Shown in pieces: positions 23,426 to 35,258 of a stretch of DNA of 64,000 nt (its first letter is position 1; the number at the start of each line of letters is the position of its first letter). A program made the translations under genes and the position numbers. The stretch covers positions 992,001 to 1,056,000 of the forward strand of contig OX337238.1 in assembly GCA_946965045.2 (NCBI GenBank), given 5' to 3'. The stretch comes from Epithemia pelagica. Lineage: Eukaryota; Protista; Bacillariophyta. Under the pieces are notes generated by a model, which was not told where the DNA came from, did no database searches, and was given only the letters and a program-made list of their open reading frames with translations.

Positions 23426-26400
23426 GCAACACAACACACCCCATCCGATGCTGCCCAGTGCCAAACTGCAGCTGGAAACCGACCAATCCACCAACACAGA
23501 AACAAAACAAAAAAGAAACCATCCTCCAACTGAAACAACACCTAATCCAAGCCCACAACGACACTCCCCTGTCGGACCACATCGACGAAACATACTGCAA
23601 ACGGCACGGCTTCCACGCGTGTCTCCAATGCAACAAGCCCACAACGATCTTCACAACTCCCGGCCACCTGAGAAACCATCAAGAGAATAAGCATACTAGA
23701 ACAACAACCAATTTACAGATAGTATTAAATACTTACAGGCACGCAGACAACCAGACGGCACACAATTGGAAGGCCGCCATCGATTTTCTCCACCACCTGG
23801 AGATTACACCCCCTCCCTTCCGAAGAACGATTTGGCACAAGCTCAAACACCCACTACGCAAAGAATACTTCGTGGCATATCACAACGTCGTACGTTGGAT
23901 CCTCGAAGCAACACCTCCGCTCCGAAACGACACGAAGAGAGACACAAGACCAAGCGCAGCACAAACAGACTCCAGCCCCTTCTGGAAGCTCCTGCTTCTG
24001 ATGGAACCCCTCTTTTTGGCACCTCCAGCCGCCACCGAACACAAACGACCTTCAGAAGCAATACGAGCATGCCACCAATTGTTCAAAGAAGGCAAAATCC
24101 AAGAACTCTACGATGCCATCTGGCAGCCCCCAGCAAACCGACAGCCAGGACAACAACCAACACCAAACCAGGGACAAGAACACCAACACGCCCCCCCCCC
24201 CCCCTCCTTCCCGAGTCGCGGCGGCACAGAGAGCGGCAGACGCAGGAAACTATTCAACCGCCTTCACGAGACTCACAACACACATGCCAACAGCAACTCT
24301 AACGCCACCACGGGTGGAAACCATCCGAAAAGAACTTTTCCCCCCAAGACGAGACCCACCACCGACAACGAGACAAAAGGGACACCTCCAACACCCTCCG
24401 TCCCCAGACCAATACCTCCACCTCGAGAGCAGATTGTTCGAATTGGCAATCCGTCAGATGAAACCCGGCACAGCCTCGGGCCCATTTGCGTCGTGCACAG
24501 ACGCTCTCACCTCCATGGCACTTCACCGAACGACCAAAGCACCGAACGCAACAAGGCCATACTTCCAGAGCCTACAAGAGCTCTTCCAGTTGATTGTTAC
24601 AGCACAACTCCCACCACCAATCCACGCAATCTTGGGCAGCAACTATTTTTTGGCCCTACACAAAGATCCAGCCCGGCCAGAACGCCTCCGACCCATCGGC
24701 ATCGGAACCGCACTGAGACGCCTGGCCGCCAAAATAGCACTCGTCCATGTATCAGATGCAGTCCAGCCCCTATTCGTCAAAGGGGGACAGTACGGAATAC
24801 AAGTCCCTGGCGGCATTGATTTTGTGGCCCACACAACGATGGTCGCCGTCCAAAGCAATATAATCCAACCAACGACACCCACCCGTGCCCTCCTACTCCT
24901 TGACCTCAGAAATATGTTCAACAACACGTCGAGGACAGAGGCGCGTAAGATCCTGCTGCAACACAAAGCAACCTCGACGCTCGTCCCACTCTTCGACCTA
25001 CTTACACAAACGGCCACCCCCTCTTGGTACTTCAACGAACAACAAACAGCCGACAAGTTCATGCAAACAGAAGGATTCCCGCAAGGATGCCCGCTAAGCC
25101 CGCTCTTCTCGTGTCTAGTCCTTCTGGCTCTCACCACCCAAATCAACACCGAACAATGGGCAAGAGCCCTGGCCCGCCAACAAGCAGGAGACCTTCACGA
25201 CGACGGTAAGGGTGGACAAGCGCACACCGCGTCGATTATGGACGATACGTCCATCAGCCTCCCACACGAGGACCTCCCTTGGTTCCTACGACGTTTCGAG
25301 GAGTTAGGGAAACCGCTCGGAGTGGAACTAAACAAACAGAAAACGTACATCCTCACCACCACCACCGGCACATCCCCGGCAACCTCTCTCTCCAACAACA
25401 AAAAGCAGAGCCTCATCACCGCGCTCCGTTTCCTCAACCCCTCCAATCCAGACCAACACGAAATCACCGGCGGCACCAGATTCCTTGGCCAACCAATTGG
25501 ATCCGCCGCCTTCGCCAGACACTTCATTGCACTTCGTCTTGAATCAATGGCGGCAAAAATCAACATGTTAGAGAACCTTCCTGACCTACAAACCAGAAGC
25601 CACCTTTTTCGCTACTCACTCGTTTCCTCCGTCCTCCACCTACTCCCAGTCGACTTGGTCCTGGCCCACCCCGACCCCCAAGCCACAACCACGGTTTGGG
25701 ACAGCCCAGTGACCCAATCCACCCACAAACTCGTCAAAAAGTTCCTCGCACAACTGACCTCCGTCCCTCACGACCAGATCACGGAAACGGCTACTCTGAT
25801 CGCGTCCGTCCCCAACCGCCTCGGCGGACTTGGCTACCACAATGCCTCCTCCGCTGCTCGACCAAGACTCATCACCCAAACCGCCCGTACACTCCAACTC
25901 GCGGCATCCACAGACACACCGGTCCCCGGACCACACAAAACCTTCTGGAACGACTGGAAACACAGCGAGATCCCCTGGCTGACAACGTTCCGACGTTCTT
26001 TGGCCCTGTACGCAAAAGAACTAGCCGGCGACAACATGACCGACCCACGTCGCTTTGATAGAACCACCCACCGTGGATTGTTGCATCATACCATCGTGGA
26101 ACACACCATCCCACAGCTGATCGACTCCTCCCCCGCCCATCTACGTCCCTCGCTCCCATCCGCCCTTTCACCTCTCACCAGTCTGGCATTCCACCTGCCC
26201 AGGACAGCTGAAGCCTTCCGACTGGACAACGAAACTTTCTCCACGGCAGTCAAACGAAAACTCAGACTCCCAATCCTGCCCGACTCTCTGTGCCAAAAGT
26301 GCATATGCAACGCAGGCCCACCAATTGACCCAGAAGGGGACCATCTGTTCTCGTGTGCTGCAGCGTCCAAGACTGCCCTCTCCAACACACTGCGTGATTC

Positions 26401-27253
26401 CCTCTTTGACATCCTCCAACACCTCGCCCCACGAGCAGGCTTGGTGGCGGACTTTAGAGATGTGCACGTTGAGCCTCCTGGTCTGGCTCCACAACATTCG
26501 CGAAACATCCGTCCTGCGGACGTGGGTCTGCTCTTGCAGCAACCACACAAAAACGACCCTTTTCATTATATCGCACTCGATATCACCATTCCCCCGCCAC
26601 CAGCCCGATCGCCCATTCCTGCCCCGGCCGACCCTCTTGCCCTTGCCTCCGCTGCTTCGAGGCCGCATCAGGAATCCGCTAGATCGAAATACTGCCGTGA
26701 CGACGACACAGCCAAGCACCTCTTCCGCAACGGAGTTTACCTCCTGCCAATCACCATCGACCATCTTGGCTCTTTGGGATCCTTTGCCCAATCCTTCCTC
26801 TTCCACAGCGACGATCTGCCACACCAATTCTCCTCAGCCGTCCCACCGGAATGGCAAGATGCCCATTTCGGAAAATCTCCGACCCGAAGCAAACCCCACC
26901 CAGCAGCCTATGCCCTTTACGAACAACTCCAAGAACTACCGCAGAATATCGCGTCCAAAGCCACTTCTCGTACTCCAGGTTTTTCATTCCCGGAAGCACA
27001 CATAAACTCGATCGGATACTTTGCCAAAGCATCCCTCTCTCATGCCATTGTCTCTTCTCTGGCGACACACCTCAACAGACAGATATCAGCAATACGCGCA
27101 CAAGAATTCAAAAGCCGGATCCTAAAAACTCAGCGCGCCAGATTGGAACAACGAGGCTTCGCCCCACAGATGCCACTACACACGCCATTCTCTTTAGCAC
27201 AATTCTTCCCGGCAGAACACCAGCCCCACCTGCTTTGCGGTACAGCCGCTTAG
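23422..27253 (+). CDS. LINE ORF2: two C2H2-like zinc fingers, reverse transcriptase, CCHC and PD-(D/E)xK endonuclease; frameshift at the C14 run 24191-24204
   Basis: C..C...HLIQAH and C..C...HQENKH; LRPIGIGTALRRLAAK, QYG, LLDLRNMFN, GFPQGCPLSP, IMDD, GGLG; C.C...DPEGDHLFSC, RPAD, ALDITI. Frames 1 and 2 join at the poly-C run. Confidence 0.88.
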
Positions 27254-27433
27254 CAACACCTGCACATCATAGACCACTAAAATAAAGAAAAACACAACAA
27301 AACCAAACGGCTGTATTCCATTGCAGGAGAAGGCAACAGACGACGCGGTCATATTTCCATACACATACACGTCGGTGAGGTCGGAAGCGGTCGACAGTGT
27401 TTCGAACTCAGCAGCAAAGGAGGAGATTGAAAC

Positions 27434-28540
27434 ATGGTTGGCAAAAAGAAGGCTTCCAAAGCGGATGCGAGTGATCCGATAGAACATGAATTGACCATGG
27501 TTGAGACTGGTTTAGAAGTGAGTTCGACAAAGAAGGAAGCAACGAAACAAGCCGTGTCGGCGTCGTCGTCCAAAAGTCTTCGAGCCAGTAGCAGGCAGAG
27601 CAGCAAGAAACTTCAAGCGGATGGTGCGGCTGGAGACGCAACCTCTCAAGATCGCTCTCTCGTGGGAAAGGCACCACGCACCTTTTGTCGGTTGATTGTG
27701 TGTTGTCTTTGCTTGGGTTTAATTGCGGGTATTGTTATTTTGGTCTGGTTTGTGATTGACGAAGGAGACGATGATCCACAACCAGTCGCATCCTGTGGTG
27801 ATTGTCACTGTATTTTGGACGGTGATGTACCCACCTGTCCGTCTCCGGCTCCGATCAGCAATTATTCCAAGGACTTTTTGCAAGCCCTGCGTGAACAAGA
27901 AGCCACCAATGCGTTCCCCTTGCTGAATTGCGACCCCTATGTGGACAGTCCGTGCGAATACGATCCTCCGAATAATGCCCTAGGAGACGACGCAGTTTGT
28001 GGCTTGCATTATGACGATGACGTCAACTGTACGACTTACAAGTTGCAAAGTTACGCCAGTCGAACGGTGGCCGAAGAGGCCGGAGCCTTTGTCACTCATT
28101 TGGGAGAATGCGGTGCCTGTAGTACGACGTTTGATTTGGCCGTGTATTTGGAGTACATTGACTTGACCACTTTCGGAACACGGTGCGGGGCACGTGCCTT
28201 GGCCAGTTACGACGAAGGTGTCAAGTGTTTTATGGATTTGGGATTTTCCGAGCCCTGTGCCGATATACGGACGGATAATGCCCGCAATACTGGTCGTGAA
28301 TGCACCTTGACCTGCGCCCTCAACGATTTGCGAGACAAACCCAACAATGGTGCACCACCGTTCTGTCCTCTCAATGATTGCCTCACGTGTGACGAAGAAG
28401 AAAGTGGACCCCTTTTCAAACAGCATGCGGGTCGTACACGAAGACGGTCCGGGTTGCTCTCGGCCATTGCTCGAAAATGTTCCTCGATTGCCGATATCAC
28501 ACACCAAGTCTGTCCTCTAACGACACCCTTGGCAGGATAA
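27434..28540 (+). CDS. Single-pass membrane protein with Cys-rich luminal/extracellular domain
   Basis: 368-aa ORF with one hydrophobic helix (LIVCCLCLGLIAGIVILVWFVI) followed by about 20 Cys (CGDCHC, CGACS, CLTCDE). Function unknown. Confidence 0.85.
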   Translation: MVGKKKASKADASDPIEHELTMVETGLEVSSTKKEATKQAVSASSSKSLRASSRQSSKKLQADGAAGDATSQDRSLVGKAPRTFCRLIVCCLCLGLIAGIVILVWFVIDEGDDDPQPVASCGDCHCILDGDVPTCPSPAPISNYSKDFLQALREQEATNAFPLLNCDPYVDSPCEYDPPNNALGDDAVCGLHYDDDVNCTTYKLQSYASRTVAEEAGAFVTHLGECGACSTTFDLAVYLEYIDLTTFGTRCGARALASYDEGVKCFMDLGFSEPCADIRTDNARNTGRECTLTCALNDLRDKPNNGAPPFCPLNDCLTCDEEESGPLFKQHAGRTRRRSGLLSAIARKCSSIADITHQVCPLTTPLAG

Positions 28541-30279
28541 AATGTGACAGACCATACAACAACACAATGTCGCTGGTTGTAATCATGTTTGTTTTCTTGA
28601 ACAATCCGTTGTGGGTCTTGTGTGAGGCTCTGCGCCATGGAGCGAGTGCTTTTGTCCATTTGATTTGGACCTGTCCACTTTTTTAATTTTCTGCTCGTTA
28701 CGATTGACGATGTCCTCGTGTGTCACCAATGCATTCCATTCAAATCATCGCGATTCTTTAGTATTTAGCAATTCAATTATTTGTCTTATATCCTCAATGG
28801 ATGATTGTGTAGACGACATCGGGAACCCTGATTGGTACGTTCCAGCTCCTCTCCAGATACGCGGACCCGAATCTGTAAGCAGCCAGCAGATCTCGTGAAA
28901 GCCACGGCCTGCGTTGATCCACATCAATGTCTTGTCAGTGCCGTCAAAGATGCCACGAAAAACGTTTCGTCGAGGTGTTACCGAAACCTTCAATTCAACT
29001 TGACGTAAACTATGGAGATTTGAACCATAATCGGACTTGGCAACATCAACGTCACTCTGACTCTTGCACGAGACCACCATCCAATGACACGAGCAACAAA
29101 GACTCCTTCGATAAATCAGACTTATAAATCATGGAGCCATGTCCTCCAATGTCATCACGGTGCAAGGCTAGGCGATGGAGGAAGCAACCGAACATGACCC
29201 TACTGAAAGGAACAGGCTCCGACAATTATGATTTTACAAAGCATTTCCTCCAAGGAAAGCCGTGACAATAGCGCTTCGCCTAATACAAGGATCTGTCCAT
29301 GACAGGACGAGAATCAACACGAGGTTGTTCGAAACAAACAAAGAAAAACGTTTTGCAAGATGTACGAAGTAGAATCATAATGCGTACGAATGGAGAAGCG
29401 GAATCCTGTCATGAAATATCTTTGCACTTTGCTCCCTTGTCTTTTTTCTATTTGTGAAGTTCACCGAGCCTGAACATGCTGTGCTTTGTTTGTCAATTCG
29501 ACATGCCATGAGCTTCCTAGGACCATTTGACCATGCATATGCCTTTAGGCTTGTGCTTCTTCCAGTTTGTGGTTGTCGACAGTTCATTCCTGCCAAGGAA
29601 CATTCCGAATCACGAATATGGAAGTTGAAGATATCTCGTGGCTTCGAAAACATAACATCCTCTTTATTCTTGTTTAGTTGGAGGAGAGTTCTTTTCGACA
29701 CGCGGAGAAGAACCGAATGGAGTAGGGCTTGGACCCTTGATCATTCTAAACGATCAACAGAGCACAGAAAAATGGAGACGACAACGAGCAGTCCGAATGC
29801 ATCTGTGCGTGCGTTTTGGGGGAGCAATGGGGGAGATACGTGACATTTTGACATACGATTGAATGGATGTGCTGCCAATCCGGCCATGCTGCAGTCCGAG
29901 ACAGAAAAGGGCGGCATTCATTATCCAATGGATTTGTTCCGAGATGGGCAATGCCCAGCACGTGTATCATCTCTATCAGAGAGAAGGTCGACCCCGAGCA
30001 TGGCGACCATTCCTTTAAACGCACAAGAAAATTCAAGAACGTCGTCAGGTCGGATCCAATTTGAAACTTGGCTTCACGTCGGAGTGCTCATGGGAATAGG
30101 CACTTCTCGGACAACAAACACGGAAGCAGAACATTATCCCGCCACTGGATTCATAGGAGAGGGATGATGAGATCATCAGTGAGCAAACTCATCTTGGTCT
30201 CATAATTCTGAGTTTGGATCAGATCCAATCTCGTCTTCGAAGGTCGAGAACCAACAAGCAAGTACACAACCCAGTAACT

Positions 30280-31609
30280 ATGAAGGTCTTGTACGCAATC
30301 ATTCTGGCCATGTTGGCCCTTTCTGTCCAGACAGAATCCCAACCGATTCGATCCTTGGAAGAAGAAGTAAGTCATTACTATGTTATCTTTTTGTGATCCG
30401 TGATATGTTGTTGTACTTGAGCTGACGAATCAATGTTTTAATCAGCCTTCGAAAGGAAAGGGCAAGGGTAAAGGAGAGGGTGACAGCGATTACTCCAAGG
30501 GCAAAGGAAAAGGAAAAGGCAAAGGTGGTGACGATGACTACTCTAAAGGCAAAGGAAAAGGAAAAGGCAAGGGTAAAGGTGAAGATGATTCTCCCAAGAG
30601 CAAAGGCATGGGCAAGAAGGAAAAAGGCGAAGATGATACTTCGAAAGGAAAAGGCAAGGGCAAGGGCAAAGGTGAAGATGATTATTCGAAAGGAAAAGGA
30701 AAGGGCAAGGGCAAAGGAAAGGGTGAGGAGTATTCGAAGGGCAAAGGAAAAGGTAAGGGATATGAACCTGCACCCTATTACTCGAAAGGTAAGGGTGTTG
30801 AGCCCACACCCAAGCCGACTCCCAAACCAACACCAAAGCCAACACCAAAGGCGACTCCCAAACCAACACCAAAGCCGACTCCCAAACCGACTCCCAAGCC
30901 TACACCAAAGCCTACGCCGAAGCCGACTCCCAAGCCAACCCCCAAGCCGACCGATAAGCCTACGCCGAAGCCCACCCCCAAACCGACTCCCAAGCCAACC
31001 GATAAGCCTACTGTGAAACCTACTGCTGCTCCACCAGCCAAGGGCAAAGGAAAGGGATATGAAGAACCATCCAAGGGCAAGGGTAAAGGAAAGGGATATG
31101 AGGAACCATCCAAGGGCGAGGGTAAAGGAAAGGGATATGAGGAACCATCCAAGGGCAAGGGTAAAGGAAAGGGTAAGGGATCTTCCGACTATGATCTTCC
31201 GAGATGCCGCAAGAGTGAATTTGTCGTGTCGCAGGAATGGAACGGCCCTGTTCTTCTCCCTGATGGAACCATTGTAGAGCTCACGGAAGAGAACCCGTTT
31301 GCTCCTCCTGGTCTTGGAGTTCAAGTGGCATTTGTTGGAGAGGTTTTTAATATGGGTCACAAGTATGTTGTTGGTAACAGTATTGAGTCCTGTACACGAC
31401 TTGATAAGGCCAATGTGTGGCACTGTGAAGGTACCCTTGTGGATTTGTATGGCTGCAAGGGTCAATTGTCGTTTTCGGGTGTGTTTAAAGACGAGACGTG
31501 GACTGGCGAGTTTGTAATCACTGGCGGAACAGGTGACTTTGCTGGTGCAACTGGTATTATTACAGACGAGGTTGAGTTGTATTCTATTCGAACAATCACG
31601 ATTGAATAA
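30280..31609 (+). CDS. Secreted Lys/Gly-rich, PKPT-repeat protein with dirigent/AOC-like C-terminal domain, paralog A (exons 30280-30366, 30446-31609; 416 aa)
   Basis: Signal peptide [24 protein letters not shown] (RXL), phase-0 GTAAGT...AATCAG intron, (SKGKGKGK) repeats, PKPT tract, [15 protein letters not shown]. Confidence 0.85.
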
Positions 31610-31880
31610 GCACATCTTTGACCAGGTCAATGTGACAATTGTATCCTGTTCTTTTGATTATCAACCCATTTGCGAATTCCAATGTATGAAGTGGATTCTG
31701 TCGTTGGTCGGTGCTGACTGTTGGTTTCTGGGTCATGGAATCTTGTGTAAGGGCACTTTGCTTGGCCCTGGATTTATGCGCCTTTTCGAGGAATCAAGAG
31801 CGACAGTGACAACTGCAAACCTAAGCAAATAATAAAGGACTGTTTATATTCCATGAACTAAATCTGTTGATCGATGCAAA

Positions 31881-33094
31881 CTACCACAAAACGTTCCTCG
31901 ACAAACGTAGTCCAGCACCCATCAAGAGCATTTGATCCACAGTTCCATGTTCAGTAAAAGGATTGGAATGACTGGAGATGCTCCCCCATGTCCCCACGAG
32001 ATGCGCGGTCGGAAGCACCGGTAACTGTTGCGGTACGTTCATCAGTTTTATTTCTCGTCGACAAGTTTCTACCACTGAAACCAACTGAACATCGTATTGA
32101 TAGGGATGCCGTCCATAGACATATTCAAATTGCATGCTTTGTAAAGACCAAGTTCCATTGCGAATGGTACTATGTACTGTGCGACGAAACGCTGCCGCGA
32201 TCTGCGCTTCCTGTGCCTGCTGTCGGCTCGCTCGTTCATCTTGTTCCTCGCCCTCTTGGCCTTGTTCTTCCTCCTCCTCTTCGTCGATATCGTCATTGTT
32301 GTGTCCTTGCTGCGGTCCTTCGTGTTCTTGTTCAAAGGCATATCCGGTACACGTTCCATTCGGCCACAATGTGATGCTCCCGTGTGCAACATACGAAAAG
32401 AGTTGTCGTCCATCGCGGACAAAGTTGTACAAGGCGTACGTACCAGGAACAAGAAATCCAGATTGTTCCAGCGGTCGTAGATCAGCTATCCATTGGACTG
32501 AGAGATTGGGAACCAAGAAGGACCGACCGCAACGAGGTATCCCAAGAAGGCGTTGGCGTTCGGCCAAGGCGCATTCTACCAAACTTGTGCGAGTAGCAGT
32601 ATCTGATATGCACGTGATGACGATATTTTGGTGGTTGTACTACCGTAGGCAAAAGCTCTGCAAACACAACGTAGTCGCAAAAAATCCGACAGGTCAGGAA
32701 GCATGGAAATAATTCGAATGAGCACTTCGTGAGGCAAATCCATGAAACAAAGAACGGAAGTGGACGAATCCGAAAGGGTGCCCTGGAAGCCGTCAGAGTC
32801 CCTATTGGAGGGTTCAATCAGTCGAAGTCTTTTGTTGTCATCTTTTGAAGAATTCAGGATCATTTGATCTGTTTGGAGATGATTTGGTTCTTCATCATCT
32901 TGTTTCACCAACGTTGCTTCCAACGTTGCTTCAATCTCAAATTGCGATTCTTGTTTTTGCTGCTGTTCTTCCGTCATGGCTTGCTCTGCCAGGAGACGTA
33001 TCTCCTCCGACAACTTGATGCGCCGTTCCAGAGACAACACTTCCATAGCTCTCGATAATGTCTCCATCGTCTCGTGGTCCATGATTCTGGACAT
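31881..33094 (-). CDS. F-box protein; intron 32643-32576
   Basis: F-box-like LPHEVLIRIISMLPDLSDFLRLRCVCRAF. The GTAG...TTTGGTAG intron joins the two track ORFs (AY|ECAL). Start codon uncertain. Confidence 0.7.
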
Positions 33095-33410
33095 CGGTCT
33101 CGGTCTGACTTGTTGGTTGACAATCTCAAAGCGACGTAATCTTGGAGGGATTTGGGGGCGTTGCACAATCCCGATCCAGTTTTCACTATAAAAGGGGGTG
33201 GTAGTAGTGACAGCCCCCAAAGAAAGCTCGGAAGTTCGCTGCGCGCGTACACGCGCAAGCGCCAGGGATTGTTTATTGTTTCACATCTCGCACCAAAAAG
33301 AAGCCGCGCAAATATATAGGGAGTGATGGCTGGGCCCGCGCGTCTTTCTCGCAGGCCGAGGTCACTCTTTACTCCGGGTCCCTTTTCATCTTGGCTCATT
33401 TCGTGGATTG

Positions 33411-33597
33411 TGTTAAAATATTGGACATATCGCCTCGCGTGCTCAACGGTCACAACGTATGCGCTACACAATTTTGGGGAACGTACACACGATTCCTACG
33501 GGATCACTCCATTCCATTCCACCCCTGATTTAACCTTATAATCTCTTTTGCCACCTGAGTCCAACTCATCTACTTGGGCCGTAGGAGAGTTTTCACA
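33411..33597 (+). repeat. 5' LTR
   Basis: TGTTAAAAT...TTTTCACA; one difference from the 3' LTR (CGCGT vs CGCAT). Confidence 0.95.
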
Positions 33598-33619
33598 CGC
33601 TTCCTCTGCGCTAAAGTGC
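33598..33619 (+). promoter_or_regulatory. Primer-binding site complementary to the 5' end/D-arm of a tRNA-iMet-type sequence
   Basis: Reverse complement GCACTT-TA-GCGC-AGAGGAA-GCG matches the tRNA acceptor 5' strand, U8-R9, D-stem and 7-nt D-loop pattern of eukaryotic tRNA-iMet. Confidence 0.75.
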
Positions 33620-33671
33620 AGTTCACTCGACAGTCTCGATCAATCGCCTTCGAACCTTCGCAAGCACTACA

Positions 33672-35258
33672 ATGGCACGTCGTACTCGCGGCGAAGATCC
33701 ACGACGCGGCGTCGGAGCGCCGGAAGACGAAGAAGAAGCAGTTGCGGGCAATCAAGGAAACCCCAACGAGCAAGAAGAGGAGGAAGAGGAAGACGATTAC
33801 CTCGAGGCACGTCAAGTGATGAATCAAGACCTTGTCGACGCGCTAGGTAGCGCCACACAACGAATCGTGATGGCGATCGACCGCGCAGTCGCAGCCATGG
33901 GAGCTCCTGGAGGTGCAGTTCCACCAGGAGGAAATCCGTTCATCCGCACTCCATTGCAAGCACGAACGGATCAGACACTCGACTTCCATCAAAAGGAAGG
34001 TCGCAAGTACTACGAGAACGCGACGCGCTCGCTGTTCTCAAGCAGTGAAGACAAGTTCGATGTGGAACCGAGCAAGTTCCAACTGTTCATCACACTGTTG
34101 TTGAATCGCGCCAAGGATTTGGGAATGCTCGATTCACCTGCAACCCATGGGAATGCGATGCTACCCAAAGACCCCAAGAATCCAGTAGCAGACGGTGCTA
34201 TCAACATCATCAAGGACTACGGACGGGCCCACTTGGAAGACATCAGAAAGTGGGAGCGAGAGATCCTCAACAACGAAAGCAGGATCAGCCAGAACTCGAA
34301 GATTCTGTTTGACCTGTTGATGAACTCCCTAACGGCGAAGGGAGCACAGCGAATCCAGATATGGCGTTCACAGTATACGGTGGACGGCATGGACGCTGGA
34401 GCCTGTTTGTTCAAAATAATTGTCCGCGAGAGTTATCTTGACTCGAACGCGACAGTTTCAACAATCAGACTCAACCTGACTAATCTGGATGAATACATCC
34501 GAACAAACGGCAGCGACCTAGTCGCATTCAATGCCTACGTCCAAAGTCAAGTCGACGGATTGAAAGCACGAGGCCACACAACAAGCGACCTCGTGGTTAA
34601 CCTATTCAAAGGATACAAGGCCGTGGAAGATGACAAATTTAAAGTGTACTTACAAGGCATCGAGAACGGCCATGAAGACGGGTCAGCAGAAGTCAACGCA
34701 CCAACCCTTATGCTTCGTGCCGTCAACTTTTACAAGACCAGGCTCACCCGAAACGAATGGGAACAACCGACGGAGCAACAGAGGGAAGTGCTTGCCTTGC
34801 AAACTCAAGTTGAATCACTGAAGAAGCAACAAAAGAGGACCAAGAACAAGGACAATCCCGATGGGAAACGCCAAGCAAAACAAGAAGGAGGATCGGCAAG
34901 CAAACCACCCAAGCCAAACTGGCTCCGAAACAACGTACCACCAAAGGAAGGGGCCGAGCGCCGATTCCGAGTATGGAACAACGCAAAGTGGTGGTGGTGT
35001 GGTCCAAACACAGGAGGCAACTGTGGCGGCGGGTGGAGGACCCATCAACCGTCCGAATGCCGGACCAAGAAGCGAGAAGCGAATCCATCCGCAAGTAAGA
35101 AAAAGGAAGAAGGAAGTGGGCGAAACAAGTCGTCCAACTTCTCGGGAAAGAAACGCAAACAAGACGCAATCAAGTTGGCGGTTGCCAACGAGGCGATCAT
35201 GTCCGATGAGGAAGACAAGAACCACTCGGACGCGGAGGACTCGGAATACAGTACCTGA
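33672..35258 (+). CDS. gag: Copia Gag (528 aa)
   Basis: Long ORF following the PBS; C-terminal WWWC...C...WRTH..SEC zinc-knuckle-like motif. Confidence 0.85.
   Translation: MARRTRGEDPRRGVGAPEDEEEAVAGNQGNPNEQEEEEEEDDYLEARQVMNQDLVDALGSATQRIVMAIDRAVAAMGAPGGAVPPGGNPFIRTPLQARTDQTLDFHQKEGRKYYENATRSLFSSSEDKFDVEPSKFQLFITLLLNRAKDLGMLDSPATHGNAMLPKDPKNPVADGAINIIKDYGRAHLEDIRKWEREILNNESRISQNSKILFDLLMNSLTAKGAQRIQIWRSQYTVDGMDAGACLFKIIVRESYLDSNATVSTIRLNLTNLDEYIRTNGSDLVAFNAYVQSQVDGLKARGHTTSDLVVNLFKGYKAVEDDKFKVYLQGIENGHEDGSAEVNAPTLMLRAVNFYKTRLTRNEWEQPTEQQREVLALQTQVESLKKQQKRTKNKDNPDGKRQAKQEGGSASKPPKPNWLRNNVPPKEGAERRFRVWNNAKWWWCGPNTGGNCGGGWRTHQPSECRTKKREANPSASKKKEEGSGRNKSSNFSGKKRKQDAIKLAVANEAIMSDEEDKNHSDAEDSEYST

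Larger units (their letters stand above)
22404..27274 (+). mobile_element. CRE-clade non-LTR retrotransposon (RT plus restriction-like endonuclease), two ORFs, flanked by the 12-bp direct repeat CACTAAAATAAA
   Basis: Direct repeats at 22392-22403 and 27275-27286. RT and RLE motifs in ORF2. No poly(A) tail seen. Confidence 0.85.

Noticed and set aside
14800-27100. Many V/G/C/W-rich minus-strand ORFs
   Set aside because: By-product of the A/C-rich sense strand of the retroelement-like sequences.
28600-29100. Minus-strand 111-aa ORF that looks like a gene relic
   Set aside because: No ATG, no recognisable domain, interrupted by stops; cannot be supported.
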